64,000 bases of DNA from an uncultured Verrucomicrobiae bacterium. Lineage in GTDB: Bacteria > Verrucomicrobiota > Verrucomicrobiia > Chthoniobacterales > JAFAMB01. Positions within the stretch are counted from its first letter, which is position 1. Every line of letters starts with the position of its first letter. A program made the translations under genes and the position numbers. The stretch is taken from contig CAVXLD010000013.1 of NCBI GenBank assembly GCA_963762565.1, forward strand, positions 104,721 through 168,720. The letters are read 5' to 3'. Below are positions 18,763 through 28,094 of the stretch, piece by piece. Below the pieces are notes generated by a model. That model made no database searches. It had not been told where the DNA came from and saw only the letters and a program-made list of their open reading frames with translations.

Positions 18763-19512
18763 CTATCCCCGGTGTATGGCCAGTGGACCAAAGGCTTGGG
18801 TTACCGGCATGAGCTCAATTGTGTTGATGTTCATCCGAGCCGGTAACGTGGTCACCCAGTACACCGTGTCGGCCACGTCCTCCGCGGTAAGCGCATCTGC
18901 TCCCTCATAAATTTTGCCCGCTTTGTCGCTGTCACCCTTGAGACGCACAACCGAAAATTCGGTACCGCCGACTAACCCAGGTTCGACGTCGGTTACTCGC
19001 ACCTTAGTTCCAAGCAAATCAGCACGCAGGTTAAGCGAGAACTGACGGACAAAAGCTTTGGTGGCGCCATATACATTGCCGCCCGGGTAAGGATAATTTG
19101 CGGCGGTCGAACTGATGTTGACGATGTGGCCGCGGTTGCGAGCAACCATACCCGGAAGGATAGTGCGAGTAACATACATCAGCCCCTTCACGTTAGTGTC
19201 GACCATTTGTTCCCAAGCTTCGATGTCGGCTTTGTGGGCCGGCTCCAAACCGAGTGCCAGGCCGGCGTTGTTCACTACCACATCGATTTCCGCAAACTCT
19301 GCCGGCAAGGTTTTAGCGGCATGCTCAACTGCAGGACGATCTCGGACGTCGAGCACCAGTGTGTAGAGGCGGTCGGTGGCGAGTTCGGCGGCGAGCGCTT
19401 TGAGCCGCTCCTGTCGGCGCCCCGAGGCTACCACTCGATGTCCTTCCACAATAAATTTCTTTGCGATCGCTGCACCGAACCCAGCGCTTGCCCCAGTGAC
19501 GAATACGGTCAT
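18763..19512 (-). CDS. ydfG: SDR family NADP-dependent 3-hydroxy acid dehydrogenase (YdfG-like)
   Basis: TGASAGFG, NNAGLALG and YGATK motifs; GGAG RBS before ATG 19512. Confidence 0.85.
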   Translation of the reverse strand: MTVFVTGASAGFGAAIAKKFIVEGHRVVASGRRQERLKALAAELATDRLYTLVLDVRDRPAVEHAAKTLPAEFAEIDVVVNNAGLALGLEPAHKADIEAWEQMVDTNVKGLMYVTRTILPGMVARNRGHIVNISSTAANYPYPGGNVYGATKAFVRQFSLNLRADLLGTKVRVTDVEPGLVGGTEFSVVRLKGDSDKAGKIYEGADALTAEDVADTVYWVTTLPARMNINTIELMPVTQAFGPLAIHRG

Positions 19513-19594
19513 CGACATGCTCCAGTATGAATGCGAATCGTTTTCAGGCAACCGAGGTGGTGAGTTAGGGAAACAGCTCGGATGGCCCAAGGTT

Positions 19595-19881
19595 GGTGGG
19601 GCGAGGCTCCGGCACGGTCATGGTACTTTGCGAGAATGTGCGACATCGAGGGACGACTTTATGTTTTGGGTCAAAACGCTGCCGAGCCGGACCCAACGCG
19701 CGGCCATCATCCGTGGCTTTGAATTGGACCGGGCCCGCGTTCGATTTGCGCCAGCCCATTTTTGCTGAAGCCTCGCACTGGGCCCCGCGGCTCGGCGGCT
19801 TTCTGGCCCTGCCAACTACAGATTCGACAACCTTAGCAGCCCTGCTCGCCCTTAAAGGAAGATCCGGAGCCTCGCCCTACC
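19595..19881. repeat. Inverted pair of GTAGGGCGAGGCTCC REP units
   Basis: GGTGGGGCGAGGCTCC ... GGAGCCTCGCCCTACC; family also near 718, 13487, 35176-35383 and 63751-64000. Confidence 0.75.
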
Positions 19882-20272
19882 AATTCGCCTCCTTCACATA
19901 GGAGGCCAGGCCGTTACCGAAGGACCAATCCTCCCGAGTGTTCGGCGAAAGAATCACCTGGACATCTTCAGGCCGCAATCCAGCGTTTGCGGAAAGCAGC
20001 TCGGCTAAGCGTTTGTAAAGCCGCTGTTTCGCCGGCGTGTCCCGCCAATTGCTCGCGGTGATATTGATGAACACGACGTCTTTTGAACGATGGATACCCA
20101 TATAGTCAGAATCATAGATGAATTCTTCCGGCTCATATTGATCAACGAACTGGAAACGGTCGTCTGCCGGCACCTCGTAGGTTTCGGTCAGGGCCTGGTG
20201 AACATTGTCCGCAATAGCCCGGATCTGGTCGTTGGATTTGCCCTTGAGCAATGAAATTCGAACGAGTGGCAT
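19877..20272 (-). CDS. Tautomerase family protein
   Basis: N-terminal Pro (MPLVRISL); DRFQ and DWSFGNG motifs. Confidence 0.9.
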   Translation of the reverse strand: MPLVRISLLKGKSNDQIRAIADNVHQALTETYEVPADDRFQFVDQYEPEEFIYDSDYMGIHRSKDVVFINITASNWRDTPAKQRLYKRLAELLSANAGLRPEDVQVILSPNTREDWSFGNGLASYVKEANW

Positions 20273-20425
20273 AGGTTTCTAATCCTTTAGTTAAACGGTG
20301 TCTCTAAGGTGGAGCGCGCCTCGCTTGCGAGGCCAACCCGTCTCAGCTTGACGACGAAAGCCTAATACCGGAGCATAGTTCTACAATTTGAAAGTTTAGC
20401 GACGATCTATCAACAAAATCGAACG

Positions 20426-21322
20426 ATGACTCCTCGCGTCAATCTGAATATGGATGTGCTGCGCACGTTCGTGACTGGGTTAGAGCTGGGAAGTTTCTCG
20501 AAAGCAGCACAGCGTTTAGGCCGTTCACAATCCGCCATCAGCACTCAGCTTCGCCGGCTGGAAGAACAAGCCGGGAAGGCGCTGTTTAAGAAGTCCGGCA
20601 GAGGTTTAGCGCTGACGACGGCAGGGGAGAGTTTGTTGAGCTACGCGAAGCGGATTCTCGAGCTCAATGATGAGGCAATCGACGGGTTACAGGACAGCGA
20701 AGTTGAAGGCTGGGTGCGACTCGGCATTCCTCAGGACTTCGCCGAAGGATGGCTAACCGGCGTGCTTGGGCGGTTCGCGCGTGCCCATCCGAAAGTGCGG
20801 GTTGAGGTGCGAGCCGAGCAAAACGTCTTGGTTATTGAGCGACTGGCTGAGGGAGAACTAGACTTGGCGATCGCCTGGGGCGCCGACGATAAGGTGCATG
20901 CCGAGAGGCTCCTCGACCTGCCGATGGTCTGGATAGGCCGCCCGGATTGGACTGGCGTCAAACGCTTGGGCTCGGAACCGTTACCGTTGGTCGCGTTTGA
21001 GCCTCCTTGTGTGTTCCGCTCCGCTGGAATGGCGGCACTCGATGCGGTAGGCATTTCGTGGCGCTTAGCGTTCACCAGCCCGAGCCTCGCGGGCTTGTGG
21101 GCTGCGACTGAAGCAGGATTGGGTGTGACCCTTCGAACTGGGATTGGCCTTCCGCGTTCCTTGACGGTTTTGAAGCTGGCAAGCTCGGGACTTCCGGCAC
21201 TACCGAAAGTTCAGCTGACCCTGTGTAGAAAGAAACGCGGTGCGGCTGCTGCTGTGAATCGCCTTTCTGAGATTCTGCGTGAAACGATCACCGAGCGGAC
21301 TCAGGAAGTGAGAGGTGATTAG
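20426..21322 (+). CDS. LysR family transcriptional regulator
   Basis: HTH SFSKAAQRLGRSQSAIS; divergent from the tautomerase. Confidence 0.93.
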   Translation: MTPRVNLNMDVLRTFVTGLELGSFSKAAQRLGRSQSAISTQLRRLEEQAGKALFKKSGRGLALTTAGESLLSYAKRILELNDEAIDGLQDSEVEGWVRLGIPQDFAEGWLTGVLGRFARAHPKVRVEVRAEQNVLVIERLAEGELDLAIAWGADDKVHAERLLDLPMVWIGRPDWTGVKRLGSEPLPLVAFEPPCVFRSAGMAALDAVGISWRLAFTSPSLAGLWAATEAGLGVTLRTGIGLPRSLTVLKLASSGLPALPKVQLTLCRKKRGAAAAVNRLSEILRETITERTQEVRGD

Positions 21323-21414
21323 TGATTAGTGATTAGTGAGTTACCGTCGGTAGCGGTCCGGCAGCCGCCGATGCGCGTCAAGATAAGGGCGCAGGCGTTG
21401 GCCGGCCCCTGACC

Positions 21415-21536
21415 GGGAGGGCGCGCGTCCTCGCGCGCCGCAAAGACGTGCCAAGCTTACAGACGTATTCCGATCACTCGACTGACAAACACGCTCGCCT
21501 TCGGGAACAACGGATCGCGGGGACGCGATCCCTCCC
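21415..21536. repeat. REPIN-like doublet, GGGAGGG family, copy 3
   Basis: Same terminal palindromes as 843-964; 122 bp. Confidence 0.85.
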
Positions 21537-21654
21537 AGCGCTGGGTCCGGCACGTGCCTGGCAGCTGCCGGGCCGCTACCGAGTTTGGTGCAGAGGACAA
21601 TTTTGTTATTATTTTCGCCTTTCCTTTCCGATTTTGGGTTACAAATAGTGCGCT

Positions 21655-22782
21655 ATGACTTCGCTTAAATTCAGCACTGCTGCGGCGATCGGCGCGCTGC
21701 TGCTTGCCGGGAACGGCGCCGATAGCAGAGCAGATTCTCAAGCGCCGAGTGGAAGCCTTACCAAAATCCGGGTTGGCTATATCGGCATTACCTGTGAAGC
21801 CCCGATTTTCAGCGCCGTCGAAAACGGTTTTTTTAAAGAGGAAGGGTTGGATCCCGAACTCGTGAAGTGTGAATGGTCGAAATACAAGGATGTGCTCGCG
21901 TTGGGGGGGTTCGATATCACCCACCATCTAATCATGTATCTGCTGAAGCCGATCGAGCAGGGGTTGGATGTGAAGTTCACTGCCGGTATCCATACGGGTT
22001 GTCTGCGAGTGCAAACGGCCGTCGATAGTAAGATCAAAACCGTGCCGGACCTGCGTGGGAAACGGATTGGTGTACCGGGAATGGGGACGCCGCCGTTCAT
22101 TTTTGCGATGCGAGTTCTAACCGCCAACGGGATTGATGGGAGCCGAGACGTTACTTGGACGGTTTACCCGTCCGGTGAGCTTGGTTTAGCACTGGAGAAA
22201 GGCCAAGTAGACGCCATAGCCGATTCCGAACCGATCGGTACTTTATTATTGGCTGATGGGAAGGTGCGGAATGTTGCTGATCAAGCGACGGATGCTCCCT
22301 ACAAGGATGAGTATTGCTGTGCGGTTGTAGTGAGAGGAAAGTTCCTGGCTGACAATCCGAAGGCGGCGGCAGCGGCTACCCGAGCATTGCTCAAAGGTGC
22401 TAAATGGGTGCAAGAGAATCCGGCGGCGGCAGCCCGGTTGTCAGTTGAGAAAAAGTATCTGGCCTCAAATCCTGAATTGAACGCCCTGGCGCTCTCGCAT
22501 CTGCGTTATGTTCCCAGTGTTTCGGGCGCTGAAGCTGCCATTAACTCCGCGGCTGTTCAGATGAAGGCTGCAGGGATGCTCAACCCGGAAACGGATGTTG
22601 CCGCGTTAGCGAAAAAAGCGTTCGTTCATTTGGATGGTGTGTCGGATGAATGGATCCAGAGTCTTCAGGTAAATAAGGTAGCGGGCGGTCAGGTACCGCC
22701 AGACGAGATCTACCGGGTCAGAGCCGAATTGGCTGGAAACGGGAGTCATCCGTCGCTCGCATCATGTTGTTCACCAGACTAG
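21655..22782 (+). CDS. ABC transporter substrate-binding protein (NitT/TauT/SsuA family)
   Basis: Signal peptide; GFFKEEGLD and DLRGKRIG motifs; Cys-rich. Confidence 0.88.
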   Translation: MTSLKFSTAAAIGALLLAGNGADSRADSQAPSGSLTKIRVGYIGITCEAPIFSAVENGFFKEEGLDPELVKCEWSKYKDVLALGGFDITHHLIMYLLKPIEQGLDVKFTAGIHTGCLRVQTAVDSKIKTVPDLRGKRIGVPGMGTPPFIFAMRVLTANGIDGSRDVTWTVYPSGELGLALEKGQVDAIADSEPIGTLLLADGKVRNVADQATDAPYKDEYCCAVVVRGKFLADNPKAAAAATRALLKGAKWVQENPAAAARLSVEKKYLASNPELNALALSHLRYVPSVSGAEAAINSAAVQMKAAGMLNPETDVAALAKKAFVHLDGVSDEWIQSLQVNKVAGGQVPPDEIYRVRAELAGNGSHPSLASCCSPD

Positions 22783-23060
22783 TGCACCGTCTCGCATATA
22801 ATGGTGACACCGTTGCGTTCAAAATGTGCCTGCGAGGCGCGAGGAGGGCGCATATGAATCGATACGTAACCGACGAGCAACGAAGCAGCCAGCCCATTTT
22901 CAACGCAACCCTTCGGGCCGTGGCCAGTTGGCGGTTTTTCCGCGTTGCTCGCTCGACCCGTATGAATCAAGATATGGGCGCTTCGCTCGCGCCTTGAAAA
23001 ACCGCCAACTGATCCGGCCGCTGCCGGACGGTGTCATCATTATATGCGAGACGGTGCACT
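22781..23060. mobile_element. Non-autonomous structured element (MITE-like), terminal-repeat type A
   Basis: ~32 bp terminal inverted repeats AGTGCACCGTCTCGCATATAATGRTGACACCG; interior homologous (inverted) to 24934-25226. Confidence 0.8.
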
Positions 23061-23064
23061 TAAA

Positions 23065-24147
23065 GTGAAGGAATTAGCAGAGGCTAACGAGCCGGCTCAG
23101 ACCAGCAGCGAGAATACGCAGCCGTCTAAGCCGCAGAAACGAGACGGGACAGATTTCGCGCCGTCGCTCCCCTTAGCTATCTCGGCCGAGCGGCCTGCAG
23201 AGAAAATGCGGTGGCCGACTCTGTTGGCCGTGCCATTCGCGGGAGCAGTGGCGCTTGTCCTGCATGGATTCGCGAGCGCAAACGAGGCTCCGGCGGAAGC
23301 TCTTTTATATACCTATTTCTTGAGCGCAGTACTCGTTGCCGCGTTAATCGCTGCCGCCGTGCAACCGGTATGGTCTGGACTGCGGAAATGGATGCGAGAG
23401 TCGTGTCCGCTGATTGCCGCCGCACTATTCTGCCTGGTGGCTTGGGAACTGGTGACTTCCCTGCTGCATTTGCTCCCTTTGCCCTACTTTCCAGGCCCAG
23501 CTGGGGTCTTATCAAGCCTGGTGAACGACAGAGACGTTCTTTTTGATAGCACGTGGCATTCGTTGGTCTTGCTTTTAGGCGGTTATACCGTGGGCGTGGT
23601 CGTCGGACTAGTCAGCGGAATCTGCATCGGATGGTTTCCTCATGCCCGCTATTGGGGAATGCCGATACTAAAGATCGTGGGCCCTATTCCCGCCACGGCC
23701 TGGATTCCTCTGGCAATGGTGATTTCTCCCTCGGCGCTGTTTTCCGCGATTGGCCTGATCGCATTAGCGGTTTGGTTTCCGGTGACGATGCTAACTGCAT
23801 CCGGAATTTCCAATACCCGAGCTTCCTACCTTGATGTCGCCCGTACCTTGGGCGCCCGGCCAGTCTACTTAATCTTCAATGTCGCTATTCCGGCGGCGAT
23901 GCCGAGCATCTTTATCGGTCTCTTTATGGGGTTAGGAGCTTCGTTTCTGACATTGGTTGTCGCTGAGACTGTAGGCGTAAAATCCGGCCTCGGCTGGTAT
24001 GTGAGTTGGGCGCAAGGATGGGCGGAGTACGGGAAGGTCTACGCGGCGCTACTCATTATGGCGGCGTTTTTCTCGACCATTATGACGGCGCTGTTCAAGG
24101 TCCGTGATCGTGTGCTCGCCTGGCAAAAAGGGGTAATAAAATGGTAG
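23065..24147 (+). CDS. ABC transporter permease (TauC/SsuC-like)
   Basis: Multiple TM helices; YLDVARTLGA EAA-like loop; LVVAE...GLG; GTG start just after the element. Confidence 0.88.
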   Translation: MKELAEANEPAQTSSENTQPSKPQKRDGTDFAPSLPLAISAERPAEKMRWPTLLAVPFAGAVALVLHGFASANEAPAEALLYTYFLSAVLVAALIAAAVQPVWSGLRKWMRESCPLIAAALFCLVAWELVTSLLHLLPLPYFPGPAGVLSSLVNDRDVLFDSTWHSLVLLLGGYTVGVVVGLVSGICIGWFPHARYWGMPILKIVGPIPATAWIPLAMVISPSALFSAIGLIALAVWFPVTMLTASGISNTRASYLDVARTLGARPVYLIFNVAIPAAMPSIFIGLFMGLGASFLTLVVAETVGVKSGLGWYVSWAQGWAEYGKVYAALLIMAAFFSTIMTALFKVRDRVLAWQKGVIKW

Positions 24148-24935
24148 CAACACAGGTCAGCGGCGTTGTTAAAGAGGGCTCTTCGTTACATGTGACCAAC
24201 GTGACGAAAGATTTCGCCGCCAAGGACCGCACGAATCAGCGCACTCTCGCTCTGGATCAGGTCTCATTTTCTGTCGGTGCCGGCGAGTTCGTTTCTATCA
24301 TTGGACCGAGCGCGTGCGGTAAGTCTACCCTGCTACGCTTGATCGCCGGGCTCGATTTTCCTAGCACCGGTGAACTCCGCGTGGGCCCCGAGGTAATCAG
24401 CGGTGCAAACGCCGAGCGTGGACTTGTTTTTCAAGATCCGAACTTATTCCCCTGGCTAACAGTCCGGCGAAACATCCGATCTGGTCTAGTGGCCCTCGGT
24501 GTAGTCCGCGAGAAAAACCACGAAGTCGATGAATTTATTCGCTTGGTAGGGCTCGAAGGTTTTGCTGATGTCTATCCTCATCATCTTTCCGGTGGGATGG
24601 CTCAGCGGGTTGCGTTAGCCCGGGCTCTAATCACGCATCCCAAAGTTCTTCTGCTGGACGAGCCCCTCGGCGCACTTGATGCGTTCACTCGGATGCAGAT
24701 GCAGGATGAAATGTTACGCCTGTGGCAAGCGCGCCTCACCACGATGCTCCTGGTCACTCATGATATCGATGAAGCGATCTATATGAGCGATCGTATCCTC
24801 ATGATGACCCCGCGCCCTGGCCGGATCGATCGCGTGATCTCGTTGGATATGGAGCGTCCTAGAGACCGGAGCCACCCGGATTTTCTGCGTCTCCGCAGCG
24901 AGATCCTTCAACTGCTCGATTTTGGCCGGCGTTAG
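24141..24935 (+). CDS. ABC transporter ATP-binding protein (TauB/SsuB-like)
   Basis: GPSACGKST, LSGGMAQR and LLLDEP motifs. Confidence 0.93.
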   Translation: MVATQVSGVVKEGSSLHVTNVTKDFAAKDRTNQRTLALDQVSFSVGAGEFVSIIGPSACGKSTLLRLIAGLDFPSTGELRVGPEVISGANAERGLVFQDPNLFPWLTVRRNIRSGLVALGVVREKNHEVDEFIRLVGLEGFADVYPHHLSGGMAQRVALARALITHPKVLLLDEPLGALDAFTRMQMQDEMLRLWQARLTTMLLVTHDIDEAIYMSDRILMMTPRPGRIDRVISLDMERPRDRSHPDFLRLRSEILQLLDFGRR

Positions 24936-25226
24936 TGTCCTGTCCCATAAATAACGTGGCTTTCGCCGTCGGTCAGTTGGCTGTTTTTCAAGGCGCGAGC
25001 GAAGCGCCCATATCTGGTTCATACGGGTCGAGCGAGCAACGCAGAAAAACAGCCAACTGGCCACGGCCCGGAGGGTTGCGATGAAAATGGGCCGGCGGCT
25101 GCGTTGCTCGTCGGTTACGTATCAATCTAGATATGCGCCCTCCTACCGCCAGTCCGGCTCGGACCGCCTTGCCGGCGGCCCATTTTGATCGCAACGAAAG
25201 CCACGCTATTTATGGGACAGGACACC
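24934..25226. mobile_element. MITE-like element, terminal-repeat type B, copy 1
   Basis: 31 bp inverted repeats GTGTCCTGTCCCATAAATAACGTGGCTTTCG; closely similar copy at 59433-59726. Confidence 0.85.
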
Positions 25227-25231
25227 AAGGA

Positions 25232-26179
25232 ATGAGCAAAAAGAACTCCGGCGACGGAGAGATTGCACTCGCGACAGGCCCAGGCCCAATAGTCGCTGGT
25301 GTGCCGCCTGAATTGATGGCGATCGGTTCAATGCTGTGTGTCCAGCTCGGTGCAGCGCTGGCTGTGCCGGTAATGGCCGCTATCGGACCCGCAACCACAA
25401 CCGCACTACGGCTTCTTTGGGCCGGGATAGTGTTGGCTTTCTTCGTGAGGCCACGCTTCAGCCGTATGACCCGCGACCAATGGCTCAGCGGCGCGGGCTT
25501 AGGAGTCGTGATTGCAATGATGACACTCTGTTACTTTGTTGCCATTTCCCGCATCCCGATGGGTCCGGCGACTGCAATCGAATTCCTTGGACCTTTAGGG
25601 GTCGCTTTGATCGGCGCCCGCAGGCCCTTGCATTTGGTGCTGGCGATCGTTGCCGCCGTCGGCGTGTTTCTTTTGACTCGGGAAAATTCGCACTGGAGCG
25701 TCGATGCGGCCGGAGTCGGTTTTGCAGTGGCCGCCGCGTTAGGGTGGGCATCCTATATCCTGCTCATGAAGAGAGTAGGGGCTTCTTTCCAGGGATTGCA
25801 AGGCCTAGCGGTCGCGCTATTGGTCGCTGCTGTTGCTGCGACCCCAGTGAGCTTTTTTGTAAGGCGCGATGTTCTCGCGCTTGGGCCGCTAGTGTCTACC
25901 ATCGGCTTGGCTATGCTTACGCCGCTACTCCCGTACGCCCTCGAGTTGATGGCGCTCCGCAAGATGAGCACCCGGGCATTCGGGATTTTCATGAGCATGG
26001 AACCCGCCATCTCTGCCGTACTTGGTTATCTTATTCTGTCCCAGCGCCTGAGCCTGCGGCAGATCAGCGGTATCGGTTGCGTGGTAGTCGCCAGCGCGAT
26101 CACCGCGTTCAGAAACAAGGAGGAGTTAGAGGTTCGGAAAGAGAATCGCAGCGTTCACGGCGATCTCGGCGCTTCTTGA
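25232..26179 (+). CDS. EamA/RhtA-like DMT transporter
   Basis: About 10 TM helices; ATAIEFLGPL and LPYALEL motifs; ATG at 25232 (longer ORF call starts inside the element). Confidence 0.88.
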   Translation: MSKKNSGDGEIALATGPGPIVAGVPPELMAIGSMLCVQLGAALAVPVMAAIGPATTTALRLLWAGIVLAFFVRPRFSRMTRDQWLSGAGLGVVIAMMTLCYFVAISRIPMGPATAIEFLGPLGVALIGARRPLHLVLAIVAAVGVFLLTRENSHWSVDAAGVGFAVAAALGWASYILLMKRVGASFQGLQGLAVALLVAAVAATPVSFFVRRDVLALGPLVSTIGLAMLTPLLPYALELMALRKMSTRAFGIFMSMEPAISAVLGYLILSQRLSLRQISGIGCVVVASAITAFRNKEELEVRKENRSVHGDLGAS

Positions 26180-26246
26180 GACCGAAATCTGCGTAAATCT
26201 GCGTCCATCCGCCTCCGCAAAGCCTGCGGCGCGACAGGTTCTGCGG

Positions 26247-26780
26247 TTAAGGCCTTTCTAGCGTTTCCGCCAACAAACTCTCCAGATTCAGCGCCCGGGT
26301 GAAAATATGTAGCCGGCCATCTGGAAGATGTGGCCATTGTTCGCGAGGGCGATCCCAGCAGAGCTCCACGCCATTTTGGTCGGGATCGCGCAAATAAAGA
26401 GCTTCACTCACCCCGTGATCAGAGGCTCCGTCGAGCTGAACACCGGCATCCATCAAACGCTGGAGCGCATCGCTCAACTCGGCACGCGTGGGATAAAGAA
26501 TGGCCAAGTGATAAAGCCCCGTCGTTCCTGGTGGAGGCGGGGAACCACCACGGCTTTCCCAAGCATTAAGACCGATGTGATGATGATAGCCACCCGCCGA
26601 AATGAACGCAGCTTCGTCGCCAAAACGGGCGACTAGTTCAAACCCAAGCACCCCACAATAGAATCCAAGCGCTCGCTCAATATTGGCGACCTTCAAGTGT
26701 ACGTGGCCGATACGCACATCTTGGCTAATAGGTCTGTCGCGGTTGTCAGGATGCTTGAAGTCGTCTTGCTTTGTTTCCAT
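26247..26780 (-). CDS. VOC/glyoxalase family protein
   Basis: IGHVHLKV, GGYHHHIGLN and DHGVSEALYLRDPD motifs. Confidence 0.9.
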   Translation of the reverse strand: METKQDDFKHPDNRDRPISQDVRIGHVHLKVANIERALGFYCGVLGFELVARFGDEAAFISAGGYHHHIGLNAWESRGGSPPPPGTTGLYHLAILYPTRAELSDALQRLMDAGVQLDGASDHGVSEALYLRDPDQNGVELCWDRPREQWPHLPDGRLHIFTRALNLESLLAETLERP

Positions 26781-26864
26781 TTCTCAGGGGAGTCCGCGCT
26801 TGGTTTTGTAGCGCCGCATTCTATGGTTGCTTAATGACGGACTTGCCCTAACGGATTGTGTAAA

Positions 26865-27167
26865 ATGATCCCCCAGAACATTCCCCTCTGCATTCGTTTT
26901 CTTTGCGGTCTGATGGCGATGTCATCGGTCGCTCGTTCGGATGCCGCGCAGCAAACCGCGGCAGCGACTCCGGCCTCAACTGGGTTTGTCGACGTAGATG
27001 GAGGCAAGCTCTACTACGAAGAGTCGGGTCAAGGCGCTCAAACCGTGGTTCTGCTTCATGACGGAGTAGTCGACTCAGCGGTTTGGAATGAGGTCTGGCC
27101 GGAGTGGGCCACCTTCTGTACCTGGAGAAGCCGGCGGAGTTTGCTCGGCTGGCTATCAATTTTCTAG
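26865..27167 (+). pseudogene. Truncated alpha/beta hydrolase (signal peptide plus N-terminus only)
   Basis: GGKLYYEESGQG..VVLLHDG...W, then sequence breaks down into a REP cluster; no nucleophile elbow. Confidence 0.65.
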
Positions 27168-27239
27168 AGACTAACCAAGCGAGTGAGCCGCGTGAGGAAA
27201 TGAGAAGCCGGGGCGATTGATTTGCGGGGCCTAAGATCT

Positions 27240-27449
27240 GGAGGGGAGCCGCTTTGTAAGTCGGCAGCTCCATCGGATAGCAGCAGGCGGCTCCCGGAAT
27301 TACCCAGCGTTTGCCAAGCTGCGGGAGCGCCCTTTATAACAGGCACCGATTTGCGAGGCTGCCACAGAACTGCCTAGATACGGGGCCGTGCTCGGGAGCC
27401 GCCTGCTGCCAACTTACAGAGCTGCCAACTTACAAAGCGGCTCCCCTCC
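27240..27449. repeat. REPIN cluster, GGAGGGGAGCCGC family (large inverted repeat)
   Basis: GGAGGGGAGCCGCTTTGTAAGTCGGCAGCTC ... GAGCTGCCAACTTACAAAGCGGCTCCCCTCC; similar to 32179-32389. Confidence 0.8.
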
Positions 27450-27766
27450 AGATCTTGGGCTCCGCGGCCACTCCAATACTGTGTCGCAAGGAGCGCGCGC
27501 AACCAACTCTGGTGCACGCCACGAACTCCCTTCAAGAATTCTGCCTATGCCACGGAAAACCACAGTCAAAAAGGCCCGCAGAGCTCAGCACCAAGGGAAA
27601 GCCGCCGCGGCACGTAGGAGAACGGGTGCGACTGGGAAGACTCGATCTTCGGCGCGAAATGGAGCGCGTCGGACTAGATGAACTAAAGACTAGTTCTCGC
27701 GATAGTTTGGTCGGAGGCGATTGCTCCGGCGCCTAATCCTTTTGTTGGCGGCTCGGTCCTTGGAAC

Positions 27767-28051
27767 TCAGTCCGTCATAGAAACGGTTCTGACCTGTTTC
27801 TTTGTTAGCTCTTGTTTCCTAGCGAGCCGCTTGGCCTCTGCCTTTTGCCCAGCGATATGCCGATGGTGCTCCGTTGCTCTGTGGCGGATGAAATCAGTTT
27901 GAGTCTGGATAATCCGCTTGGTCGCATCGTCCTCACCCAGAGCGAAGCTTGCCGATTCAAGAAATAACATACAGACCGACACCGACAGGCATTGGAAAAT
28001 CGGGCGATTCACAACGACCCAAACTGTAATTCCAACCCAGTTTGACAGCAA
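27767..28051 (-). CDS. Small hypothetical protein, possibly secreted
   Basis: Hydrophobic N-region followed by a charged helix; start uncertain. Confidence 0.4.
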   Translation of the reverse strand: MLSNWVGITVWVVVNRPIFQCLSVSVCMLFLESASFALGEDDATKRIIQTQTDFIRHRATEHHRHIAGQKAEAKRLARKQELTKKQVRTVSMTD

Positions 28052-28094
28052 GTTCGTTCTGGTTAGTGCGGTTTAGTAATTCAGACATTGCCCA

